Shown here: positions 23,001 through 32,600 of the stretch, in pieces
How the letters are laid out: each line of letters starts with the position of its first letter
How positions within the stretch are numbered: the stretch's first letter is position 1
Assembly: GCA_002269645.1 (NCBI GenBank)
Contig: NIVC01000435.1
Location: 97,099-161,098, forward strand
DNA from: Macrostomum lignano
Taxonomy: Eukaryota
Direction: 5' to 3'
Length of the DNA stretch: 64,000 nucleotides
Translations under genes and position numbers: made by a program
The notes under the pieces: model-generated
The model's input: only the letters and a program-made list of their open reading frames with translations
What the model was told of the DNA's origin: nothing
Databases searched by the model: none

Positions 23001-23680
23001 AGAAATCTCTTCTGAGAAGTGAATGGTCACTAAATACCTATCAAATAAATTCCTTCGCTAACTCATGACCTTCAATGTCCTTTAATGTCGCAACTCGACT
23101 TCCTCTTTCACTTGCAGACGTCGCTGCTGCCGCCGCCGCCGCTGAGCAGCTACCGGCCCGTCTCTCCGCTGGGCCTCAACGCGCCGTCTGCCGTCTCGAC
23201 CGCCTCGAACTGCTGCGCCTCGAAGTTTCCGAATGTCGCCGCGCCGTCGATCAGGCCGTCGTCTTGACAACAAGCACCGACGCCAATAACGAGGTCAACA
23301 ATAGACGTCAGCTGCGTCGCGAGTTGTCCTCGGCCGCCAGGTGCGCCGCCGCCGCCGTCGCCATTCTGGCTACCGACTTTGTCGACTACGACGACAACGA
23401 AAACAACAAAATTGGCGACGCTGACGTCGACGGCGCCGAGTCTGTCGAAATTGGACGCCGACTCGAAGCTGCCAAAGCCGAGTCCGATTGTCTTCGACAG
23501 CGCGCCGTCGACGCTCAGAGTCGCCTGCCGCAGTCGGCGCCGCCGCCAGACGAGGACGCCGGCTGGCTGTCGTCGCTTGGCGAATTCTCCGATCGGTTGA
23601 GCACGACAGAGACTCTGCTGGCCACTGCTAAACAGCGACTTTTGCGGGCCGAACGCCAGCAGCACAATGCATCGCTTTGA
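11059..23680 (+). CDS. CDK5RAP2: Centrosomin/CDK5RAP2/myomegalin-family coiled-coil protein (~1799 aa, 13 exons)
   Basis: Manual model join(11059-11116,11204-11268,11363-11470,11946-12497,13999-14070,14154-14792,16911-17400,17787-18324,18882-20289,21059-21222,21852-21947,22049-22695,23118-23680) = 5400 nt, all GT-AG with consistent phases. CM1-like LVQENFDLRLHCYHLKEKL is followed by RVESLTRELEVKRRLL; long heptad regions; CM2-like DRLSTTETLLATAKQRL at the C-terminus. Start codon uncertain because the frame is open upstream to an AG at 11030. Family call is from recalled motifs. Confidence 0.78.
11363..11470 (+). CDS. Exon 3 of centrosomin-like gene, CM1 (gamma-TuRC-binding) motif
   Basis: ttgcag|AAAATG...GATTTG|gttagt; translates KMTKLVQENFDLRLHCYHLKEKLDKVTNGADVSTDL, matching the recalled CM1 pattern ENFxLKLRIYFLEE. 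Confidence 0.75.
11630..11985 (+). repeat. 76-bp tandem duplications of splice acceptor + start of exon 4
   Basis: tttag|ACTCGCGTCGCCTACTTAGAATCACGC at 11946 and 11870, a diverged copy at 11794, more degenerate copies upstream. Confidence 0.85.
12663..13889. repeat. 32-35-bp minisatellite (GATCTGATGCTCAAATGGGATTATCTACTATCTG)
   Basis: ~36 copies in intron 4 of gene 1. Confidence 0.95.
14917..15325. repeat. 15-bp-based minisatellite (ACTGACAGGTAGGTT / ACTGACAAGTAGGTT)
   Basis: Direct inspection; intron 6 of gene 1. Confidence 0.9.
15895..16850. repeat. Minisatellite built on the palindrome GTTGCAAC (21- and 43-bp variants)
   Basis: Direct inspection; intron 6 of gene 1. Confidence 0.92.
18411..18900 (+). 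repeat. 64-bp x8 tandem repeat containing the exon 9 splice acceptor
   Basis: CAG|ATGCCGCACCCTGGAAGCC with the C of CAG at 18431, 18495, 18559, 18623, 18687, 18751, 18815, 18879. Confidence 0.95.
18882..20289 (+). CDS. Exon 9 of centrosomin-like gene, coiled coil with ~11 x 28-aa repeats
   Basis: Coding part of ORF 18475..20346; acceptor cccag| at 18881, donor CAG|gtactg at 20290; 84-nt periodicity (19423, 19507). Confidence 0.85.
20352..20915. repeat. 21-bp minisatellite (GATAGATATTGTCCTACAGTA)
   Basis: Direct inspection; intron 9 of gene 1. Confidence 0.95.
21292..21745. repeat. 28-bp minisatellite (CCCAGATCCTCAGTTGCTGAGCCAGCCT)
   Basis: Direct inspection; intron 10 of gene 1; related to 49765-50220. 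Confidence 0.93.
22855..23010. repeat. Degenerate AATCGC-based short repeat
   Basis: Recurrent AATCGCC/AATCGCT about every 19 bp in intron 12. Confidence 0.6.
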
Positions 23681-23791
23681 ATTGGCGAAACTCGTTATTT
23701 ATGACTATTAATATATACTTGCTAATAGTTTGTAACTTGCAACAGCTTACTGCGTACTTTACTGATCATATATACTCATATATATTGACTC

Positions 23792-24225
23792 CCTAGTCCA
23801 AACAAAGACTCAACTTGACTCCCAAGTCCCAACAAAGACCCAACTTGACTCCCAAGTGCCAACAAAGACCCAAATCGAGTTCCAAGTCTCAACAAAGACC
23901 CAACTCGATTCCCAAGTACCAACAAAGACCCAACTTGACTCCCAAGTGCCAACAAAGACCCAAATCGACTTCCAAGTCCCAACAAAGACCCAACTCGACT
24001 CCCAAGTCCCAACAAAGACCCAACTCGACCCTCTTAAGTCCCAACAACGACCCAACTCGACTCCCAAATCCCAACAAAGACCCAACTCGACTCCCAAGTC
24101 CCAACAAAGACCCAACTCGACTCCCAAATCCCAACAAAGACCCAACTCGACTCCCAAGTCCCAACAAAGACCCAACTCGACCCTCTTAAGTCCCAACAAC
24201 GACCCAACTTGACTCCCAAGCCTCA
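23792..24225. repeat. 30-bp minisatellite (TCCCAAGTCCCAACAAAGACCCAACTCGAC)
   Basis: Downstream of the gene 1 stop codon; source of several spurious ORFs. Confidence 0.93.
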
Positions 24226-24875
24226 ACAAAGGCTTAATTGACCCCTACCAAAGAGCCTAAATGATCCCTAATTAAGACCTAATTAATTATTGTTGTAATT
24301 TAATTGCTCAATTGCAAGCCTACAAGGCCAATGCCAAATTCACCAGTAAATAAATCTCTAATTTTAACTTCTACTGCTCTATTTCAGCTGCTAAACTCGC
24401 ACAAGCATTTTTATTTATACCATAATTAATATTATACTTATTTTTGTATCGTGATTGTTGGTAACCCATTGCACTTTTGTCAATTTTATACGAATTATAC
24501 AAACGTCAAAATGGCTCTTTTATACGACTTTATTTGCGCTCGCATTAAACTTCTTACTTTTTAGTTACCAGAAAATGCATCTTACGCTCAACTATTGCAA
24601 TTTATTTTTGTTTAACACCTGCTTTTCTATATCCAATTTTTCGGCGTACTTTTTGTTTCTACCTACAATATGTGCCGCAATAATTAAACAATAAAATAAT
24701 TCCTTTCGGGCTGAAATAAGTCTTTACGCTTTGTCGGGTTCTAACCATAAACTTTGGTTTTTCTAGTCTTAATTCTTTAATTTTGTTTCAATTAAAGTTT
24801 TGTATAAATAACATTTTAAACTTAGCAATTAGAAATATCAAACAAAAGTGCAACGTTCATAAGAATGTGTCGGAG

Positions 24876-25334
24876 TAGGGATGCCAATTCCCCGGACTTT
24901 TAAAAATCCCTGGGAGACTGGGAATTTCCGGCTTTTCCCTGGGGTCCCCGGGGACAGTTTAAAGGAAGTGCTTAAAAGACTAAAACCGCAAATGTGGTAA
25001 AAAATGTACTTTTGCTACGTTTTTTCGCATTTTTACATATCATACATTAATACCTTTATCTGTATGTACTAAAGAACGTCTGATATACTAAAATACTAGT
25101 TCATTTTGTTTAAAATATACTTTTTCATTGCGGATTTATGTCTTATGATTTATATGATTTATATCTGTAAAACAGATCTACTAAAATTCTTTCATTCATA
25201 TATTTAGTTTTACTAATACTAAGAAGTTTGAAAAAAAATTCTATCCTGGGATCCCCAGACAAAACCCCGGGGACAAAACCCCGGACCTTCATTCGGGGTC
25301 CGCGGGGGGGGGCTCCCCTGGGTTGGCATCCCTA
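24876..25334. mobile_element. hAT-type MITE (459 bp)
   Basis: TIR TAGGGATGCCAA / TTGGCATCCCTA; 8-bp TSD TGTCGGAG / TGCCGGAG; subterminal CCCCGGG motifs. Confidence 0.85.
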
Positions 25335-25450
25335 TGCCGGAGTAAAAAGTCCCAGAATTCTTGATGTTCTTTCGCTTCCGTGAAGTAGTAAAATCTAAAG
25401 TACTTTTGAGTTTTTACTCAATGTAAAGTTCATAATTTCGTATTTATGAG

Positions 25451-25741
25451 CACACATGCGCAACAGTCGGCCGAGTCGGCCGATACGGCCGACCGATTTG
25501 GCAGGCAACCAAGGAAGTCGCAAAAATGCCCACCCGAAAAATACCAGTGTAGTACTAAGTAGCTGACGAGGCATTTTGACTTTATAAGACAGTCATAGTT
25601 ACTCCTGCCGTTTACCCAAAGTTGCGTTAATTTTGCGTTAGGGTTTTTTTACATGTAAGTCGCATTTTTGGCCAACTACGTCGCATTTTTGTTAAAACTA
25701 AGTCGCATGGCCGACCGAATTTTGGAGGTTGCGCATGTATG
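25451..25741. mobile_element. MITE (291 bp, hAT/P-like) carrying a 28S rRNA-like core
   Basis: TIR CACACATGCGCAAC / GTTGCGCATGTATG; perfect 8-bp TSD TTTATGAG (25443-25450, 25742-25749); core 25554-25617 antisense to 28S H68-H71. Confidence 0.88.
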
Positions 25742-25879
25742 TTTATGAGTGTAGTAAGTAGTGTAGTGGTAGAGGTTTAGCTTAGGCAACTGCCTAATTT
25801 GGCCAATTTAATTAATCTTAGTATCAGATTCCATCAAGGAGTAGACTACAGTGTATGCGAGAGCTAGTGAAATCTGTTC

Positions 25880-26383
25880 CAGGGGCGTCGCCATCGGGGG
25901 GGGGGGGCATGTGCCCCCCCCCCCGTTATAAAAATCAATAATTTTGCTTCAGTGCGACAAAATATAGCGCCTGCGGCAGCAAAATGGAAATTAGTACCTG
26001 CAGCGCAAAAAGGGTGCCTGCGGCCATAGGCGTCGGAAAAGGGGGGGTGTGACTTTTTGAGCGACCCTTGACATATATTTTCATCGCAGATCTAGATATA
26101 TATACGTCCGTGACTTACCAACAAAAAGCACTCATACAAGCTTCAATTCGTAAATTTCGTGATTTAAGCAGAGTTGACAATGTTTTCAGTAGACGACTGT
26201 TGTGCTACCCCCCCCCCCGGTCATCAACAGTTGTCTCATACCCCCCACTTTTTATAAGGTTCTGACGCCTATGCCTGTGACGCCACAAATGAGCGCTGAC
26301 AACACCGATTCTGAAAATAATGTACTTTTACGTGTAAAATTCTTGGCTTTGTCCCCCACCATAAATCCATGGTGACGCCCCTG
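25880..26383. mobile_element. hAT-type MITE (504 bp, hosts a nested MITE)
   Basis: TIR CAGGGGCGTCGCCAT / ATGGTGACGCCCCTG; perfect TSD ATCTGTTC. Confidence 0.88.
26025..26273. mobile_element. Nested hAT-type MITE (249 bp)
   Basis: TIR CATAGGCGTCGGAA / TTCTGACGCCTATG; TSD CCTGCGGC / CCTGTGAC (6/8). Confidence 0.75.
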
Positions 26384-26746
26384 ATCTGTTCATTACAGCA
26401 GAAAAAATCCCGGGATTTGGGCCCAATCACAGGATCCCGGGATTGCGTTCACTTCACAAACTATTTTTCGTCTGCTTTGGCGATAAAGATTGGCGGCGCC
26501 TGTACTTGTGTTTACTGACTGACTGATGTCTTTAGTCTTGGTAGTAGAAGTTTAAACGAGTTCTTTATTTGATTACTTTTGATTTAACAATTGCACAGCC
26601 AAAAGTTAGTTCAGCAGAAGAGTTGTAAACAACGACATAAAATTCACTCCGGGTTGGATTAACGCCTTTTAAATCGAACCCTTGTTCACCCCTTTTGCAT
26701 TTGGCCTCGCTGGTTCAATTAACACTTTCCCGTTCCGTCCAGAGTC

Positions 26747-26762
26747 CAGACCAGACGGCGCC
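26747..26762 (-). promoter_or_regulatory. Candidate BMP-Smad composite element GGCGCC-N5-GTCTG
   Basis: Minus strand reads GGCGCCGTCTGGTCTG, a full match to GRCGNCNNNNNGTCTG; 2.9 kb upstream of the Delta ATG; function unproven. Confidence 0.3.
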
Positions 26763-28036
26763 AGTGAAATATGTAGGTCTGTTGCTTTCCTTCTCGCTCG
26801 CCTGCTAAGTTGGAACCTGAACCCCGTATAATATTATTAGTAGTAGTATAATGTCGATCACGTGAAAAGCTACTATTATTTATTTAATGTCAAGAAAACC
26901 CGGAAACTTCTCTAAGCAGTGTACTAGAAATTCAGAAATTCCTGAACCCCTTTGGTCCCTGGATGAATGAACTTGACTGTTTTAAAGTTGTTTATCGACG
27001 TAAAAACGTGTTTAAGCAGCACTTAACTTTTATTTGTATTTGTACGCTCGCGCGCGCCCAGGTCTTGATAGGAATTGACGCTTATCGTCTAATTAGATTA
27101 AATATCATTTACTTACCTGATGCCTATAAAATGAGCACCCACTATTGTAATTTATTAAAAGGACAAAAGAATAAATTAGGAACCGGCTAGGGCCATGGGA
27201 GAGGAGGGAAAAGGAGCATAAGGTAGACTCTCAAAATCCTGCCGACACTCTAAAAAGGCCAACGGAGTTGGTCCATTGGGGGGTGGGCTGGGTTGGAAAA
27301 CGCCAGTCAAGGATTGGCCTATTGAACGGAGGGGTGGTGGGAGAGGCCTGCGCAAGGGGGTTGGTTGGTTTGTGCCGCCGCCCCGTCCCACCCAAAACTA
27401 AAATAGGGAGGGGGTTGTAAAGGCTCACGGCGGCGTGTGTAAAAGTAAAAAGAGATACAGCGTGACAAGAGAGCTCGGCCTGCGGACTTGCAGTTGGACC
27501 AAGCCTTGCAAATTTATTTTCATTCATTGATTTAGCTAAATTTCAAGTCTACGCGACCACTATATCGGCCTATATAAACAAAAAAAATTTACTTTAGGGG
27601 TTGCAGCGGTCTATTTTTAACGAACTTTTTCACCACTTCCGCTGGTTCCAATCTATACAGTGTAACAGTGGACAATGACAGCTCGGCGTGTAGTTTCGGC
27701 CGCGTTATTATTTCTGCAGGTGAGACTTGCGGTTTACTCAACTTTATTGGTAGTTGTTTAATTCACGAAAAAATGGCGGCCATTGTGCCTGTGGTTGTGA
27801 TTGTGACTGTGAGAGGTTAAAAAACTTGGAAAGTGAAAATTGAGGGCTGTAAATTGACTGGATGATCAACTGATTATCTCCTAGTCATTTCTTTCATAGA
27901 AGAGAGATTCTCCTAGTCATACTCATTCTCCTAGTCATACTTTCTTAACCATCAAATTTACAATCAGAAAAAAGTAAACAAGCCACAAGCGCTATTTGTT
28001 TTTGAATTGCACGACAGAGTCAGAGCAGAGGCGGAG

Positions 28037-28274
28037 TAGGGATTGCAATCCTGGGATTCCGGGATCAGTAGCGCAACCAGAAATTTTTCAAGGGGGGGCG
28101 GATTCTGAGGGTAAAGTCACGGGAGGGGGGGGCGGCGGAGGGGTGGCTCTGTTTTTGGCGAAAATTCGCTTGGTCCCCCCTTTGATTTTTTTTCGGTCCC
28201 CCGCCCCCCCCCCCCTGGTTGCGCCACTGTCCGGGATCGCAAAAAGCCGGGATTTTGCAATCCCTCAATCCCCA
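28037..28274. mobile_element. hAT-type MITE with TAGGGATTG ends (hosts a nested MITE)
   Basis: TAGGGATTGCAATCC ... TTGCAATCCCTCAATCCCCA; TSD AGGCGGAG / AGGCAGAG (7/8). Confidence 0.7.
28066..28229. mobile_element. Nested hAT-type MITE (164 bp)
   Basis: TIR CAGTAGCGCAACCAG / CTGGTTGCGCCACTG; perfect TSD TCCGGGAT. Confidence 0.88.
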
Positions 28275-28842
28275 AGGCAGAGTCGACATTTGTCTTCGTG
28301 CAAGTCTGTCTGAGACAAACTGAGACAGCTCTCTGGGAAGCAAAAGCTTGAATAAACAGCCTTTTGTTCAAAATCCCCAGGGTCAGATGCTGCCAGAATA
28401 GCACTTATCCACAGGCCACAGAAATCCCAGCAGTCAACCATAAAGTGCATGGTTCGTTTATACCAGAGTTTGTATTATTCCCCAATTATGAATTAAGAAT
28501 CAATCCCTAATTAGGCTAATTATCCCCAATTTGACATTTTGCTATTCTATTCCCATTTAGCAGTTATTATTTCCTGTTAACGATTATAAGAAACTATAAA
28601 TTTGGCAGTGTGACCATTTAAACAAAGAAAAATCTGCTGTACATTTCTTACTACGGCTATAATATAGATTCTAGACGTATATGTTCGGGTTATACATACA
28701 ACAAAAACAACAAAACAGTTAGTGTATAAGCGCACACCTGAAAGGTATAAAATAGCGTTTATTTTATCAATAGATCTTAATTAACTAATTACTCCATTTA
28801 ACTCCATCCATGTGGACTATTTAGACAATTTGAAAGGGGTCA

Positions 28843-28893
28843 AAATTCCCCGGGGGAAGTCCGGTAGAAAGTCCGGGGAATCGGCATCCTCTA
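28843..28893. mobile_element. Solo right end of the TAGGGATGCC MITE family
   Basis: GTCCGGGGAATCGGCATCCTCTA resembles the reverse complement of the 24876 left end; no partner end found. Confidence 0.5.
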
Positions 28894-29521
28894 AATTGAT
28901 CTGATTAGATAAAAAATGAAAGTCGGTGCTTAAAATTTTATATTGTTTAGCTAATAATTAAATGATTTTTGGCCTCCGCTGTCCGTGCGGCCTTATTTTA
29001 AATTCTATTTTATGATGCCTAACTCGGGTCGAAGCGGAGGCCTCAGTATACTATCTGTGCCTTAGGAAGTTTTTCCCGCATGTTGTTCAGGTGGGTAATA
29101 TTAATATAATTAATTGATAATCAAATTGGAGTTGGGCCTTCTGCCTTTTCCTCGCATTATTATTGTATTAAGAGAGAGTTTGTATGGACGCCGCTGATCA
29201 CATTATTTTAGCATTTAATTTGACTTATTTTTTAAAATCAAATGAATGCGGCCTGGGTGTGGGGGCTCTCAGTGTGCAAAGGGCATCTCGCTTTGATCGG
29301 AGAAGGGGGGACGAGATTAGAGGGGGTGCGCGGACCATGGGGGCCCCCAATTCTACCCCCAACCCTATCCCGCTCATGGTGTACATTTATTTTGCCTTGG
29401 CTCACTTTGCGTACAAACATAGTAGACCTTGGCCTATTTATATCGCCCGAAAAAGTAAAGGGTTCTTTGATAGGAGAATTCCTCAACTGGTTATAGATTA
29501 GGACGCGCATTCATTCAAGCT

Positions 29522-29529
29522 TATATAAA
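29522..29529 (+). promoter_or_regulatory. Candidate TATA box of Delta
   Basis: TATATAAA ~105 bp upstream of the ATG. An alternative TATATAAA at 27571-27578 with a cag|gtgaga donor near 27720 and a tgtag| acceptor at 29590 could define a 5' UTR exon instead. Confidence 0.35.
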
Positions 29530-29630
29530 CTGCGCCTCAATAAGAAACAAAAGAGCTACACAACACACGAGAGTCGAAACCCATCTGTAGAAGTTATTTT
29601 TAATACTTGCGATCGTATTACTAATTTAAA

Positions 29631-32600
29631 ATGCTACGCCTTTGCTTTGTCGCAACGCTCCTCGTGCTACAGACTATGTGCCTATGCGGCTCAATGAACA
29701 TGGAGATTGAAGTGCATCTCGACCGGCTCAACAATACGGTAGGCAAACTAGCCGATGGCGCCTGCTGTAGCAGCTTAGTCTCTAGAACCGATGGAAGCTG
29801 CATTGGCGACTGCAATACGTTTGCCAGAGTGTGCATCGCTTCTAGTAGCAGAGCTAATGAACTACTACAGCTAAATAGCGTCACATGCAATATAGCCTAC
29901 CGGATTACTGGTCTAGTTGGCCATAACAACATCAATGGTGCCAAGGATATTCGATTCTCTCATCTGTCTAATAATTGGGAGGTAATTAAGATTTTTGGCC
30001 TTTTCCGACTTCCTTATACAATCGAATGGTTAGAGTCACTTGTCAGTTTGAAATTACACCGATCTAATAATATATTTCTTATTTTCTTATTTTATATATA
30101 CAGCCTACCCAGGGCCCGTTTCGAGTTATTTTGCAACTCTATCACTCTCCATCTACAACGCAATTCAACTTGGAAAATTGTAAGTTTACATATACAGTAG
30201 CTATAGCTTAATTATTCCAGGGGTGGGTAAAACTTTTTTTTCAACTCAAATGCCAGATAGTCGACCTATAGAGCATGACTATGGAATAGAGAATAGAGTA
30301 GTGAGAATGGATAATGGAGAAAGGAGAGGCCAGAGAATGTAGGAGAGGAGAGAAGACAGTGGCGTAGCCAGGAATTTCAATTGGGGGGGGGGGCGGGTTG
30401 GCCTTGCTGGCCATGCCTTATGCCATTGCCACTTTCGGCGCCGCAGGCACTCATTTTTGCGCCGCAGGCACTCATTTTGGCGCCGCATGCACTCATTTTT
30501 GCGCCGCAGGCACTCATTTTGGCGCCGCATGCACTCATTTTGGCGCCGCATGCACTCATTTTAGCGCCGCAGGCACTCATTTTGGCGCCGCAGGCACTCA
30601 TTTCGGCGCTGCAGGCACTCATTTTGGCGCCGCAGGCACTCAATTGCCTCCTGGTTTTTGGTATCCGCCGCGCCCAACCCCACCCCCCAGGCGATTGAGG
30701 GGGGGGGGGCGCGGCCCCCCCCCCCCCCCCTGGCTACGCCACTGAGAGAAGAGAAAATAGAAGAGAGAAGACAGATTAGAGAGGAGAGGAGAAGAGACAG
30801 ATTAGAGAGAAGAGCGCCGAGAAGAGATATAAACCTTGAGCGGGCCAGATTGTTATTATTGTGAAGTCTCAAAGAACCCGAGGGTCGGATAGAGAAGCTT
30901 TGCGGGCCTTGATTTATTCTGAGAAGTTTTAATGTAGCCAAAGTCTTATACCAAATGCCCCCTAACGTCATTGACCTCTAAGCGTACCTGATCGCTGACG
31001 GATCAACCTACGAAAAAGACTACTCGCCAAGTCAGAACTGGACAAGCCATCGTTCGTGGCGTTCCGACGGCGTGGAATTAGTCTATAGTTATCGAATACG
31101 CTGCCCAGCTAATCACTATGGCAGCTCGTGTCATCGCCTGTGCGTACCTAGAGACGATATTGTTGGTCATTTCACCTGCGACTCGCAGGGTCGCAGAGTC
31201 TGCATGCCGGGCTACACTGGCAGTCTTTGTAGTAAACGTGAGTTAAAGCTTTTCAAGATTGCTAGTTATATGACGAGGCATTAGCTGTTAAAACAATGGA
31301 TATACTTACTCCGCCTGTTTACCTTCAAATGACTTACCCGCCTTTTCCACTGACAGCTGTCTGCAGCAAGAACTGCAGTTCTAATGGTATCTGCGAGGGG
31401 CCCAATCGTTGCAGGTAAGTTGAATCTCCGTCTTTTCACTTCTGAAATCTGTATTATAAGTGACTTCTTTTTTTAAAGGCTTTTTCACGTTTCCTTTCAA
31501 CTAGTTCGAGGTTTCTAACTAATATAACTATAACTTACTTAGCCCAAGCCAGCTAATTGTCCCAAGACTTCCCCAACGATGCCAAGGGCCGCCATTTTCA
31601 CCATTTCCCGTTCTGTCCCGCTCGCCCACGGGTGCCAGTCAGTTTTTGTTTTGTTTTGACTCTTCTTGGACTGACTTCCTTTTGCCGGTAATCGCATCTA
31701 TCAGTAGAATCCTTGATAGGCTTAGCCATAATCTTGAAATTCTACTGCATGGGGAGCATAAGGATTTGGGGAGCTGGGCTTGGTGCGTGCATCTTGTTCT
31801 GTCTTATCCTATTAGCATCTCCTCTTACTGATTGTAAATTGCTCCGAGTGTAACCAACGACTTCTGCCGAATGTATGAGTGGTACTGTGTGGTAACTATA
31901 TTATTATAATGCCGAGTTCTTAATTTTGAACGCTTACTGGTGTTTTCATTTGATTATGTCTATTATCTGACGATTGTCGGGCGGTTTTACGATATTTTAT
32001 GTGCGGAGTATAATGCAGTGCATCAGGATGGATTCAAATTCAGAATTTGTGGGATTTGGGTTTCACACAGTCTGGAATGGGGATCTATTCGAGTTCAGAA
32101 TTTGTGGGATTTGGGATTCACACAGTCTGGAATGGGGATATGTTCGAGTTCAGAATTTGTGGGATTTGGGATTCACACAGTCTAGAATGGGGATCTATTC
32201 GAATTCAGAATTTGTGGGATTTGGGATTCACACAGTCTAGAATGGGGATCTGTTCGAGTTCAGAATTTCTGGGATTTGGGTTTCACACAGTCTGGAATGG
32301 GGATCTGTTCGAGTTCAGAATTTGTGGGATTTGGGATTCACACAGTCTGGAATGGGGATCTGTTCGAGTTCAGAATTTCTGGGATTTGGGATTCACAGTC
32401 TGGAATGGGGATCTGTTCGAGTTCAGAATTTCTGGGATTTGGGATTCACACAGTCTAGAATGGGGATCTATTCGAATTCAGAATTTCTGGGATTTGGGAT
32501 TCACAGTCTGGAATGGGGATCTGTTCGAGTTCAGAATTTCTGGGATTTGGGATTCACACAGTCTAGAATGGGGATCTATTCGAATTCAAAATTTCTGGGA

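Noticed and set aside
12068-23665. Minus-strand ORFs overlapping gene 1 exons (12068, 14496, 17917, 22100, 23150)
   Set aside because: Antisense shadows of GC-rich, stop-poor coding exons
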